Positions 40,717-50,620 of a DNA stretch of 64,000 nucleotides are shown here, one piece after another. Within the stretch, counting starts at the first letter, position 1. Every line of letters starts with the position of its first letter. The stretch comes from an uncultured Candidatus Saccharibacteria bacterium (GTDB lineage: Bacteria; Patescibacteriota; Minisyncoccia; Minisyncoccales; JANBVM01). The DNA is taken from NCBI GenBank assembly GCA_964493485.1, contig CAZBMQ010000003.1, positions 8,468 through 72,467 on the forward strand. The letters are read 5' to 3'. Below the pieces are notes generated by a model. It was given only the letters and a program-made list of their open reading frames with translations, was not told where the DNA came from and made no database searches. The position numbers and the translations under genes are program-made.

Positions 40717-42531
40717 TTAATACGGAGAAGCTTCCTGCCATTGAGGAAAAGATTTAGTAATATACAACTTGTATGAAACCTGGTCTGATCTTCCATTTTG
40801 GTCAACAACTGAGAGGGTAACAAGACCTGAATTAGAGCTTAAAGCTTCAAATGTAGCTGAAGGATTTTGGGCGTTGCTTGTAGATGGAGTACCGTCTGTA
40901 AATGTCCAGCTCCAAGAAGTAATAGGCCAGTAGCCGCCTGATGTGTTTTCAGAACCTGTGGAGGTGTCTTTGAAATACACCCTTGCTCCTTCTGATACCT
41001 TGAAACCATCACAGCTCTGCCAACCTGAGTCAGGTTTCAAGGAACATTCAAAGTCTGCGATGATGTCTTGTAAAATCTTAAAAGATTGATTGACAATATC
41101 TACTTCTCCAGCATAATCTTCTACATGCAATTCTGCATTATAGTCTCCTGAAGGAAAGTATGAAGGCATTGTCCAATTGCAAAGAGGATCAACAGTACAA
41201 TGTAGGGTGTCATTTGTCTCTCCTGTAATAATCCAGGTAGAGCTTGCAATATCTCCCTGACCATCAGGATCAGTAGAATCGTTTTTTAAACAAAAGAGAG
41301 AACGGGTATATCCAGTACAAGAACCCGGAGACTGACTGCAGCCTTCTGGATAACAAGTTATATCAGCTGTTGGGGGATTATTACCTCCTTCACCCTCAGT
41401 AACAATAATCTGTTGGGTACAGGTATCAGGACAATCTCCTGGAGTTTCAGACCAATCACCATAATCGTCTTGAACCCTTAATTTCGCGCAATAAGTCCCA
41501 GTGGCATTGTATGTATATTGAGCAGTATTTTCAGATGTAGTGATTTTATTAAAATTCCAACTACAGAGACCACAGGGACTGCAACTCTCCTCTGAATCGA
41601 GAGAAGAACAGTCTCTTGATGGACCCGTGCAAAATCCTGACACCTTGTCCCAAGAACATCCACAAGCCTCACATGCTGCTTGAGTTAAAGCTAAACCGCA
41701 AACAATACTTCCCTCACATGCTCCCTCGCCAGTATTAAACTCATATTGAACAATTGTTCCTGTTTCATCTTGATCATGGCCTGAACCAGTAAAATTAACC
41801 GTTAAAGGAGCGTCACCTGAAGAAGGATTGGCTATTAAAGAATCACACACCGGAGTAAGGTTAGTTGAGGGAAGATTCCATTCGGCAATTTTATAATTAG
41901 AAGTAGTACATTCCTCTTCATTTAAACAATTGAAGGAAATCCACCCAAAATCATCTGACCATGCCCAACCTTCGAATTCACCTGTATCTCTATTAATCAC
42001 AAGATTAGGATCTGCATTTAAGCTTATCCATCCATCCCATTCTCCCGCATCGGGATTTAAAGGACCACTGCACCCTGATTGAAAAACATAGCAAGCTCTT
42101 GCCCAACCACCAACAGGTTCTTCCGGGTCTGTCTTCATGGAGCTGGTATAAGCCTGACAGGGCGAAGAAGGACATCCTGCCAACTCAGACTCATTAAATG
42201 TTATCCATCCAATATTATCTGACCAGGCATAACCCTGTAAAAGACCAGGACAATATGGAGGAATCCCACCTAATGCTTCGTAGTCAATTTTTACTCCATA
42301 CTCAACAGAAGAACCATCTGTTTCACTGCTAAAGCTTATCCATCCAATATTGTCTGACCAAGCCCATCCATGAACCTCAACCAAACCTACACATTCTTCG
42401 CTTGGAGGAGGACCGGGAGGACCCAAGTCTCCTTTTGTTCTTGTTGCCGTTAAAATTAGTGCTCCGCAGACAACTAACAGAAATATTTTAATAAGTTGTC
42501 TTTTCTTAATAAAAGAAGAATTTTTAAACAT
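40717..42531 (-). CDS. Secreted PKD-scaffold adhesin with GWAWSDxxGWIxF repeat head
   Basis: Signal peptide; repeats GWAWSDNIGWISF/GYAWSDNIGWITF/GWAWSDDFGWISF; three PKD-like domains paralogous to 32317-34845. Confidence 0.85.
   Translation of the reverse strand: MFKNSSFIKKRQLIKIFLLVVCGALILTATRTKGDLGPPGPPPSEECVGLVEVHGWAWSDNIGWISFSSETDGSSVEYGVKIDYEALGGIPPYCPGLLQGYAWSDNIGWITFNESELAGCPSSPCQAYTSSMKTDPEEPVGGWARACYVFQSGCSGPLNPDAGEWDGWISLNADPNLVINRDTGEFEGWAWSDDFGWISFNCLNEEECTTSNYKIAEWNLPSTNLTPVCDSLIANPSSGDAPLTVNFTGSGHDQDETGTIVQYEFNTGEGACEGSIVCGLALTQAACEACGCSWDKVSGFCTGPSRDCSSLDSEESCSPCGLCSWNFNKITTSENTAQYTYNATGTYCAKLRVQDDYGDWSETPGDCPDTCTQQIIVTEGEGGNNPPTADITCYPEGCSQSPGSCTGYTRSLFCLKNDSTDPDGQGDIASSTWIITGETNDTLHCTVDPLCNWTMPSYFPSGDYNAELHVEDYAGEVDIVNQSFKILQDIIADFECSLKPDSGWQSCDGFKVSEGARVYFKDTSTGSENTSGGYWPITSWSWTFTDGTPSTSNAQNPSATFEALSSNSGLVTLSVVDQNGRSDQVSYKLYITKSFPQWQEASPY
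40762..41070. repeat. 309-bp direct repeat, copy 2
   Basis: Identical to 32359-32667; offset 8403 bp. Confidence 0.95.
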
Positions 42532-42541
42532 CTTAAATTAA

Positions 42542-43351
42542 TTATAACAAAAGATTAAAGTAAAGATTAATTAATTTATCTCCATAGAAAAAAGCCAAAA
42601 AAGTTCCTGTGATTAAAAATGGAGCAAACGGAATTTCTGATTTTAATTTCTTTTTACCAAGAAAAATTAATATTATACCTATTATAGCCCCTATAAAAAA
42701 ACTTAAAAAAATAGCCACCGCAATCCTTGGAAACCCCAGAAAAATACCCATAAAAAAGGCTAATTTCACATCACCCATACCCATTCCTTTTCCTCGAGAA
42801 ATAAAAACTATTGCCAAAAAAAATAGACTTGCTCCAATACCTGAGAAAAGAATATTAAATATATTGTATTTAAAAAAAGGAGAAAAGAAAATCCTTGAAA
42901 TTAAATACCACACAGCAGTCGTCAAAACAGCGGGATAGATTACTCTATCTGGAATAATATAATACTTTACATCATAAACAAAAATGACAATCAGAAAACA
43001 ACAAATAATAAATAAAAAAAAGAGGTCTAAAACCCAAAAAAGAACAGGGATAGAAAATAATGATTCTATGTTTTTTAAAAAAATAAAAGAAAATAAAAGC
43101 CCTGTTGATAACTCCACTAAGGGATATTGAATAGAGATAGGCTTTTGGCAATACCTACATCTTCCTTTTAAGATAATAAAACTTAAAATAGGAATCAAAT
43201 CAATGGCATGTAAGGTATGACCGCAATAAGGGCAGTAAGATCTTTTGGATAGAAAGCTTTGTTTTTTAGAAAGTCTATATATAACGCAGTTCAAAAAAGA
43301 ACCAATTATCAATCCAAATATAAAAATGAAAAATGAAAAGAAAATATTCAT
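42542..43351 (-). CDS. pilD: Prepilin peptidase/N-methyltransferase
   Basis: [40 protein letters not shown]. Confidence 0.95.
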   Translation of the reverse strand: MNIFFSFFIFIFGLIIGSFLNCVIYRLSKKQSFLSKRSYCPYCGHTLHAIDLIPILSFIILKGRCRYCQKPISIQYPLVELSTGLLFSFIFLKNIESLFSIPVLFWVLDLFFLFIICCFLIVIFVYDVKYYIIPDRVIYPAVLTTAVWYLISRIFFSPFFKYNIFNILFSGIGASLFFLAIVFISRGKGMGMGDVKLAFFMGIFLGFPRIAVAIFLSFFIGAIIGIILIFLGKKKLKSEIPFAPFLITGTFLAFFYGDKLINLYFNLLL

Positions 43352-43390
43352 TTTAAAATATCTACTATCTCAATTTCTTTTTATAAAAAA

Positions 43391-43924
43391 CTAAAAACAG
43401 GTACAGCTACCCATTACACTGGGTTCTTCTTCTAACTCACACTTTTTTGTTCCTTTATGGGAAGCACAAAAATATACCTTATTACCAGGAGTTGCAGGTT
43501 CTTCTTCTAATATAGCGTAAGCGCAAAACCAATCTCCAGCAGAAAGACTGCCAAGATCCGGATCACTGCATAATATGTTGAAGCGGTTATCTACCCATAC
43601 ATAATCAGTACATGCCTCTCCCGGACATTGCGGATCATGCAAGGGGCTCAGATAACGATAAATCGCAGGAACTCCTCCCTCTTCTGGGGGAGCGGCAGTA
43701 AAATATCTATCGTTAAAGCCAAAGTATATTCCTTGAGCTGAAACCAATTGTCTCATATCTGACTGTCTCATCGCATCTCTTGCGCTGCTTCTTGCTCCTT
43801 TTAAATATGTAAAAACCACAGTAGAAAGTGTTCCAATAATAGCAATAACAACCAATAGCTCGATCAAAGTAAAACCTTTAAGTTTTTTAATCCTAAAGTG
43901 TTTGCTTCTTAATACTTGCATCAT
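43391..43924 (-). CDS. Type IV pilin (paralog 3)
   Basis: KG|[14 protein letters not shown]; ARDAMRQSDM; LHDPQCP. Confidence 0.9.
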   Translation of the reverse strand: MMQVLRSKHFRIKKLKGFTLIELLVVIAIIGTLSTVVFTYLKGARSSARDAMRQSDMRQLVSAQGIYFGFNDRYFTAAPPEEGGVPAIYRYLSPLHDPQCPGEACTDYVWVDNRFNILCSDPDLGSLSAGDWFCAYAILEEEPATPGNKVYFCASHKGTKKCELEEEPSVMGSCTCF

Positions 43925-44029
43925 ATAATTTAAAAAATTAATAAGTTTTAAAAATAGGCCTTTATTGTGTTTATTATATTATAATTTAAAAAAACAAGCG
44001 AGAAAAAAACTGAAAAACTATATCTTAAC

Positions 44030-44557
44030 TTACATTGCAAATTTAATACAACTACTTAATGTTGGAAGATGGCCTGCTGTATATGTCTCATCAGAACATA
44101 CTTCCTTAACCCCTCTATTTGAACTTACAAAATACCGGTGGGAAGTAGGACATCCCTCAAGATTTTCTAATTCTGCAAAAACACAAAACACATCACTTGT
44201 TGTAGCAGTTTCTGTATTGTCTAACCATATATAATCTATATGATTGGAACAGACTCCATCAGGACATAGTGGATCATGTAAGCCTATCAGATAGTTTCCA
44301 ATAGGAGGAGTTCCATCTGTTTTCTCAGTATTCTCAAAATATGTCTCATTGTCTATATAATACATTTCCTGCGCTGTAGCCAATTGTCTCATATCTGTCA
44401 TTCTATTTGTATCTCTTGCTCTCCTTCTTGCCCCTCCCAAAGACACCAAAACAATTCCAGATAAGGTTCCAATAATAGCAATAACAACCAATAGCTCAAT
44501 CAAAGTAAAACCTTTTTCTTTTTTAAGCCTTAAAAATCTCCATTTCAAGGTCTCCAT
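44030..44557 (-). CDS. Type IV pilin (paralog 2)
   Basis: KG|[14 protein letters not shown]; ARDTNRMTDM; LHDPLCP. Confidence 0.9.
   Translation of the reverse strand: METLKWRFLRLKKEKGFTLIELLVVIAIIGTLSGIVLVSLGGARRRARDTNRMTDMRQLATAQEMYYIDNETYFENTEKTDGTPPIGNYLIGLHDPLCPDGVCSNHIDYIWLDNTETATTSDVFCVFAELENLEGCPTSHRYFVSSNRGVKEVCSDETYTAGHLPTLSSCIKFAM
44427..44528. repeat. 102-bp direct repeat shared by two pilin 5' ends (other copy 45103-45204)
   Basis: cttgcccctcccaaag...ttttttaagc read as identical at both sites. Confidence 0.85.
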
Positions 44558-44611
44558 AAATAAAAATACATATAAAACTTATTTTATTAATTATACTAAA
44601 AAGTACGGAGA

Positions 44612-44650
44612 AAAATAAAGTTAAATTGGCGGGTTTTTGCCCGCCAATTT
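44612..44650 (-). terminator. Intrinsic terminator after the first pilin
   Basis: Stem AAATTGGCGGG/CCCGCCAATTT (44623-44650) with T-rich flanks. Confidence 0.75.
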
Positions 44651-44699
44651 TTCTCTCCATGATAACTGATTTTCAAAACTATCTACCTCCTAATCTAAA

Positions 44700-45206
44700 C
44701 TACAGATTAAAGTCACGACAATTTGCTAATGTGGGGCAATTTGCAGTATCATCCCGTGCAGTATCACTACAAACTTCTTGGACTCCTTTATCAGAAGCAA
44801 CATAGTATCGGTAGTTTGTAGTACAGCTTCCAAGGTTTTCTAATCTAGCAAAGGCGCAAAAACTAGTTGTAGCGGTAGTACCGTTGTTAACCCACACATA
44901 ATCTACATGAGTAGTACAAGTACCACCAGGACATTGTGGATCATGTAAAGCAACTAAATAATTTCCAATTGCAGGAATACCTGCTGTACAACTGCCTGGA
45001 GTTCCATTAGCATAATATCCTTCATGATCTCCATAATACATCTCTTGAGCAGTAGTTACTTGTCTCATATCAGACTGTCTGTTTGCATCCCTTGCCTTAC
45101 TCCTTGCCCCTCCCAAAGACACCAAAACAATTCCAGATAAGGTTCCAATAATAGCAATAACAACCAATAGCTCAATCAAAGTAAAACCTTTTTCTTTTTT
45201 AAGCAT
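44700..45206 (-). CDS. Type IV pilin (paralog 1, probable major pilin)
   Basis: Short leader MLKKEKG|FTLIELL; followed by its own terminator. Confidence 0.9.
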   Translation of the reverse strand: MLKKEKGFTLIELLVVIAIIGTLSGIVLVSLGGARSKARDANRQSDMRQVTTAQEMYYGDHEGYYANGTPGSCTAGIPAIGNYLVALHDPQCPGGTCTTHVDYVWVNNGTTATTSFCAFARLENLGSCTTNYRYYVASDKGVQEVCSDTARDDTANCPTLANCRDFNL

Positions 45207-45305
45207 GATAAATTATTAGTATAATAATTTCATAATTAATGTTTTACATTTTCGACCTTTTATCTTTTTTATCTATTTTTTATTTTAGCATAATTTTTAA
45301 AAAAC

Positions 45306-46508
45306 CTAAATAGACATCATCTGATACATAGGCATTAGTATTGAAAACATTAATCCTCCTACTATCAAACCTAAAGAAACAATCAATAAAGGCTCCAATA
45401 TTCCCAACATAGCAACCACACCTTCCTCCACCTCTCTCCTGTAAAAAAGAGCTATCTTCATTAAGCTGGTGTCTAATGTTCCTGTCTTTTCACCTACCAA
45501 TGCCATCTGAACAAACACAGGAGGAAAAATTTCTGGATAAAGAGCCAAAATAGAAGAAATAGGCACACCCCTTCTTACTTCATCTTTGGTCTTTAGAATA
45601 GCTTTTTTGTACATAGAATTTCCAACCACATCAGCTGATAACTCTAAGGCCTGGGCTATCATTATTCCTCCTGAAATCAAAGTGGAAAGATTCTCAGCTA
45701 ATCGGGCTAAATACATTGTTTTCATCACTGTACCTATAACTGGAATTTTAAGAAGAATCCTGTCTATAACATCTTTTCCCTGCTCTGTTTTATAAATTCT
45801 ATAAAGAACAAACAAAAAGACAAAAACTCCCAATATAAAAAAGAAGCCGTAGTCTTTTAAAAAACCTGCAGCTTTCAATATCTTCATTGTAAATTCCGGC
45901 ACCTCTGCTCCGCTTTCTTCAAGCACTGTCTGAAATTGGGGGATTACAGTATAAATCATCAAAATTATAACAAAGCTCACCAGCATAAGAATAAAAATTG
46001 GATATACCATAGCTCCCTTTATCTTTGAAGCCAACTGATATTGTCTTTCTAAATAGTCTGCCAAGTAATTTAATGACTCTGCCAATTTTCCTGAAGCTTC
46101 ACCTGATTTTATCATAGAGATATATAGGTCAGAAAAAATCTCAGGATAGCGGGAAAGAGCCTTAGACAAAGCTGTTCCTCCTTCAACATCTTCTGAAATA
46201 TTTAGAATCTTCTCTCTAAAATCTGCATTTTTTGTCTGACTTGATAAAACCCTCAAACTTTCCACTAAAGGAACCTTTGCATTAAACATCATTGCCAATT
46301 GTCGTGAAAAGATAACAATATCTTTTTGAGATATTCTACTGAAAAACTCTAACTTCTTTGCATAAAATGGAAGTTTTTCTTCCTCTAAGTATGTAACATA
46401 AAATCCATGCTTCTGTAAAAGTGAAAGAGCTGCATCTTTTGAAGAAGCTTCTACAATTCCAGCCCGAACATCTCCTTCTTTAGTTCTGGCTTGATAATTA
46501 AATTTCAT
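45306..46508 (-). CDS. pilC: Type IV pilus platform protein PilC/GspF
   Basis: FSRQLAMM, GEASGKL, GEKTGTLD, LEPLLI; two T2SSF domains. Confidence 0.93.
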   Translation of the reverse strand: MKFNYQARTKEGDVRAGIVEASSKDAALSLLQKHGFYVTYLEEEKLPFYAKKLEFFSRISQKDIVIFSRQLAMMFNAKVPLVESLRVLSSQTKNADFREKILNISEDVEGGTALSKALSRYPEIFSDLYISMIKSGEASGKLAESLNYLADYLERQYQLASKIKGAMVYPIFILMLVSFVIILMIYTVIPQFQTVLEESGAEVPEFTMKILKAAGFLKDYGFFFILGVFVFLFVLYRIYKTEQGKDVIDRILLKIPVIGTVMKTMYLARLAENLSTLISGGIMIAQALELSADVVGNSMYKKAILKTKDEVRRGVPISSILALYPEIFPPVFVQMALVGEKTGTLDTSLMKIALFYRREVEEGVVAMLGILEPLLIVSLGLIVGGLMFSILMPMYQMMSI

Positions 46509-46522
46509 TTATAAACAAAAGT

Positions 46523-47593
46523 TTAATGCCGAATGAGTATTCTTAATTCATTAGGAGACAGAGAATAAGAAAGAGCTGTTTCTAAAGAAACCTCTTTTCT
46601 TTTAACTAAATCTGCTAAAGACCGATTAAGAGAAATCATACCTAACTCAAGATTGGTTTCAATTACCATTGGAATCTCATGGATTTTATTTTCCCTGATT
46701 AAGTTTGCTACAGCTGGAGTAGCAATCATTACCTCACATGCAGGAATCAATCCGCCTTTGATTCTGGGTACTAGTCTTTGAGACACAACCCCTAAAAGAG
46801 AACCTGAAAGCTGGGCCCTTATTTGGTCCTGCTGTTGAGAAGGAAAAGAGTCTACAATTCTGTGAATCGTTTGAGCTGCGGAGTTAGTGTGTAATGTGGC
46901 AAACACCAAATGACCTGTCTCTGCAGCAGTAATAGCTGTAGCCATTGTTTCTGGATCTCTCATCTCTCCTACCATAATCACATCTGGATCCTGCCTAAAG
47001 GTTGAACGGAGTGCAGTAGAAAAGCTCATTGTATCCTGACCCACCTCTCTCTGGTCTATAATTGCTTTGTCTGGAGTAAACACATATTCAATAGGATCCT
47101 CAATCGTCACAATATGGTCAGTCCTTGTATGATTAATTTCATCAATCAATGCCGCCAAAGTAGTAGATTTTCCTTGAGATGAAGGTCCGCATATTAATAC
47201 AAAACCTTGGGTAGGTTTGGTAAATTCATACAACACAGGGGGGAGATTAAGTTCTGTAATAGTGCGAATTTTAGCAGGAATTAATCTCAAAGCGCAAGAA
47301 ATGTATCCTTTTTGAAAAAATATATTTACCCTAAACCGCGCTTCTTCTCCGAATTTATAAGAAAAATCTATCTCCTTCTCCTTCAAAAATCTCTCTTTTT
47401 GCGCTACATTCATTAATGTAAAAGCTAAATTCTCTGTATCTTCTGGAGAAAACTTCTCTTCTTTTACCAATGGAACAAGCTCTCCTGCAATCCTCAATAC
47501 TGGAGGATGTCCTACTGAAATATGCAAATCAGAAGCCTGTTCTTTTATGGTTAAGGCAAGCAATTTTCTAAGCTGACTCAAATAGTTTGGCAT
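46523..47593 (-). CDS. pilT: Type IV pilus retraction ATPase
   Basis: ASDLHISVG, GPSSQGKSTT, TIEDPIE, RQDPDVIMVGEMRD, AAETGHLVFATLHT, ANLIRE. Confidence 0.93.
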   Translation of the reverse strand: MPNYLSQLRKLLALTIKEQASDLHISVGHPPVLRIAGELVPLVKEEKFSPEDTENLAFTLMNVAQKERFLKEKEIDFSYKFGEEARFRVNIFFQKGYISCALRLIPAKIRTITELNLPPVLYEFTKPTQGFVLICGPSSQGKSTTLAALIDEINHTRTDHIVTIEDPIEYVFTPDKAIIDQREVGQDTMSFSTALRSTFRQDPDVIMVGEMRDPETMATAITAAETGHLVFATLHTNSAAQTIHRIVDSFPSQQQDQIRAQLSGSLLGVVSQRLVPRIKGGLIPACEVMIATPAVANLIRENKIHEIPMVIETNLELGMISLNRSLADLVKRKEVSLETALSYSLSPNELRILIRH

Positions 47594-47620
47594 AAATTTA
47601 TCAAATTATTATTTTATAAT

Positions 47621-47989
47621 CTAATCTTTTAATACCTTTTTAATTTCATCTACCACCTCTGCTGGAGTATAATGGGCTTTGATAAAATATTTTACTACTC
47701 CCATTTCCAAGCCTTTCTCAACTTCCTCTTTCTGACCAAGATTAGAAAGAATAAAAACCTTTAAATCTTTTAACTTCTTGTCTTTTTCAATTTCTTTTAA
47801 AATCTGCCAACCATCAATATGAGGAAGAACAATATCCAATACCAATAAATCAAAATGTTTTTCCTTTAATTTTTTCAAACCTTCCAATCCATCAGTAGCA
47901 ACATCTACATCAAAACCCATTTCTTTCAATTTTGTGTGATAAATATCTACTAAAAATGGGTCGTCTTCAATTACTAAAATATGCTTCAT
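47621..47989 (-). CDS. Single-domain response regulator (REC)
   Basis: ILVIEDD, LLVLDIVLP phosphoacceptor Asp, YFIK. Confidence 0.92.
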   Translation of the reverse strand: MKHILVIEDDPFLVDIYHTKLKEMGFDVDVATDGLEGLKKLKEKHFDLLVLDIVLPHIDGWQILKEIEKDKKLKDLKVFILSNLGQKEEVEKGLEMGVVKYFIKAHYTPAEVVDEIKKVLKD

Positions 47990-48028
47990 ATTAATAGAAA
48001 GAAGTTAATTATTAATTATATTTAATTA

Positions 48029-49750
48029 TTATTTCTCTTGAGTTACCCTTAATACCTCAGTTAGAGTAGTAACCCCTTCTAATATTTTTAATATCCCATC
48101 CTGCCTCATAGTCACCATTCCTTGCCTTTCAGCTTCTTCTTTTAACTTCTTTTCTGAAAGGTCTCCTAATACAATTTCAGAAAGCCTGTCTGTCATCTCT
48201 AAAATCTCAAAAACTCCAATTCTTCCAGAAAAACCTTGGTTGTTGCAATCTCTGCAGCCTACAGCTTCCCATAAATAAAGCGTCTTGGGAACTTTTACTT
48301 CTTTTCTTAATTCTTCAGGAAAACCTTCTATCTCTCTCAAAATCATATCTCTGACCTCTTTTGAGGCTTTCACTTTCTTCTTGCATTTATCGCACAGTCT
48401 TCTTACCAATCTTTGACCTATGACTAAACTAAGTGTCGGAGGTATTAAATAAGGTTGAACTTTTAAATCAACTAATCTTGGAATAACCCCCAATGAATCA
48501 TTAGTATGCAGTGTTGAAAAAACCATATGCCCTGTCAAAGCAGCATGCGTCACTAAAGAAGCTGTCTCTTCGTCTCTTATCTCTCCCACCATAATAATAT
48601 CAGGATCCTGTCTTAATATAGATCTCAATCCATTTGCAAAACTATATCCAATCTCAGGTCTCACCTGGGACTGATTGATTCCTTTTAAAAAATACTCTGC
48701 CGGATCTTCAAGGGTCACAATATTTACTTCTTCTTTGTTTAAAATCTGTAAGATTGCATACAAGGTAGTAGTTTTTCCTGAACCAGTAGGTCCTGTGCTT
48801 AGAACCAGTCCATAAGGTTTTTTAATAGCTTTCATTATAGCCTCGCTATGCCTTTTTGACAATCCCAAATCCTCAAATTTTTTCAATCCTACTGTAGGAT
48901 CCAAAACCCTCAATACTACTTTCTCTCCAAGAGTGGTAGGGAAGGTAGACACCCTGAAATCAATATCTTTATTTTCAATCCTAGCAGAAAATCTGCCGTC
49001 TTGGGGAACTCTTGTCTCATCTAGTTTTAAATTAGACAATACCTTTATTCTAGAAACTATTGCTTTATGAAGTCTTATCGGCAAAAAAATAGAAGAATGC
49101 AATGCTCCCAAAAATCTAAAACGAGCCCTTAATTTATCTCTTCCAGGCTCGATATGAATATCTGAGGCCTTACCTTCAACCGCATATCTTAAAAGCACAG
49201 CTACCACTTTGGAGATAGGGGCTTCTTCTACCAACCTTTCTATCTCTGCTTCTGTGGCTCTAGATACTCCTTCTATTTTTAATTCTTCTTCCAGCTCTTC
49301 CAATGCTTTTCCCACTTCTCTCTTTAATGTTCTGTGTTGTTTTAATATTTTATTAAATGTGTTTGGAGTTATCAAAAAAATCTTATAGTCAAACTTTCCT
49401 CTTCTTGCTAAAAATTTTAAAGCTTCCTGGGCATCTAAATCCTCAGGATATACCATTCCTACTTCTAAAATATTGTCTTTCTTAGACAAGGCTACCATCT
49501 CATAATGCTTGGCGGTCTCTTCAGGAATAAGCTCTAGCACCTCTAACTCTACTTGTTTGGGGTCTACTTCTTTTAGAGGAATATTTAAATATTCTGATTT
49601 TAGATTAAACAAAACCTCTTCTGTTACAATTCCTTTTTCTAAAATAAACTCCTCTTCTTTCTTATCTGATGATTCCAATTCCTGTTTAAAAACATCAAAT
49701 TGTTCTTTTTTTAAAAATCCTTTCTTTAATAATTCTTCTAATAAAGGCAT
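48029..49750 (-). CDS. pilB: Type IV pilus assembly ATPase PilB/GspE
   Basis: ASDIHIEP, PQDGRF, GPTGSGKTTT, LRQDPD, tetracysteine motif, GRIGVFE. Confidence 0.95.
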   Translation of the reverse strand: MPLLEELLKKGFLKKEQFDVFKQELESSDKKEEEFILEKGIVTEEVLFNLKSEYLNIPLKEVDPKQVELEVLELIPEETAKHYEMVALSKKDNILEVGMVYPEDLDAQEALKFLARRGKFDYKIFLITPNTFNKILKQHRTLKREVGKALEELEEELKIEGVSRATEAEIERLVEEAPISKVVAVLLRYAVEGKASDIHIEPGRDKLRARFRFLGALHSSIFLPIRLHKAIVSRIKVLSNLKLDETRVPQDGRFSARIENKDIDFRVSTFPTTLGEKVVLRVLDPTVGLKKFEDLGLSKRHSEAIMKAIKKPYGLVLSTGPTGSGKTTTLYAILQILNKEEVNIVTLEDPAEYFLKGINQSQVRPEIGYSFANGLRSILRQDPDIIMVGEIRDEETASLVTHAALTGHMVFSTLHTNDSLGVIPRLVDLKVQPYLIPPTLSLVIGQRLVRRLCDKCKKKVKASKEVRDMILREIEGFPEELRKEVKVPKTLYLWEAVGCRDCNNQGFSGRIGVFEILEMTDRLSEIVLGDLSEKKLKEEAERQGMVTMRQDGILKILEGVTTLTEVLRVTQEK

Positions 49751-49765
49751 AATTTTATTTTTTAA

Positions 49766-50062
49766 TTAAGGCTGCTGGGTTGGTAGATAAGGAACAAAAG
49801 GGTTTTCTCTTCCTAATTCACCTTCAAAATCAGGTATCTTTTCAATTGGCTGAAGTTCTTTTAATAATGGATTGTCCAATACCTCAAAATCTATTTTAAT
49901 TTTTTTAAAATGTTGCTGAATAAACACTTCTTCTGTGGAAGTCTCCTGCTGCATATAAAAATACCACACTCCTATAAATATACCAGCCGCAACGAGAACT
50001 CCTAAAAATATAAAAATCAATCTCTTCTGTCTCTTTATTTGCTCTTGAAATGTAATTGCCAT
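49766..50062 (-). CDS. Small TM protein in the PilP position
   Basis: Single TM; C-terminal GRENPF resembles PilP RDPF; follows pilMNO. Confidence 0.6.
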   Translation of the reverse strand: MAITFQEQIKRQKRLIFIFLGVLVAAGIFIGVWYFYMQQETSTEEVFIQQHFKKIKIDFEVLDNPLLKELQPIEKIPDFEGELGRENPFVPYLPTQQP

Positions 50063-50079
50063 AGTTATAAAAATTGAGC

Positions 50080-50619
50080 TTAGTAGATTGGGTTTTCATT
50101 TATAAAATAAACCTTTATTATAAGATCAAATCCAAAAATTTTTTCCTTTTCTGAAAAAGTAAGATCAATATTTGTAATCTCAATTAATCTGTCTGACTTT
50201 TCCACTAGGGAAACAAATTGTTTAAAACCCTGATAATCTCCTTTTAGAGCAACTCCTATTTGGGCGACCCCAATATTTTTCCCCATTTCAGAAGAGGGAA
50301 AAACCTCTGTTCTTATCTGGTCTAATACAAGCCCGGATTGCGAAGCTGCTTTTTGTAAAAAATTTAAAAGCTCTGATAAACGAGGACTTTTAGGCAAAGC
50401 GGCCTCTATCTTTTCTAAAGAATCTTTTCTCTTTTTCAATTCTTCTGATATTCGCTGAACCTCCTTTAAATAATTCTCTTGTGATAATAATTCTCCTTCC
50501 TTTACTAATATCTTCTGTCTAATATCATTAAGTTCTCTGTATTTTGGAAGTACTGCCACAAATACAAGCAACAGAATAAAGGAAAAAACTATAAAACTAT
50601 AGAATGAATAATTTTTCAT
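50080..50619 (-). CDS. pilO: PilO-like protein
   Basis: TM, coiled coil, ALP..AASQSGL..GDYQGFKQF...EK..RLIEI. Confidence 0.85.
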   Translation of the reverse strand: MKNYSFYSFIVFSFILLLVFVAVLPKYRELNDIRQKILVKEGELLSQENYLKEVQRISEELKKRKDSLEKIEAALPKSPRLSELLNFLQKAASQSGLVLDQIRTEVFPSSEMGKNIGVAQIGVALKGDYQGFKQFVSLVEKSDRLIEITNIDLTFSEKEKIFGFDLIIKVYFINENPIY

Positions 50620-50620
50620 A

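Noticed and set aside
32359-41070. 309-bp repeat pair as a diversity-generating retroelement TR/VR
   Set aside because: The copies are identical with no adenine-specific mismatches, both are coding, and no reverse transcriptase is in the window
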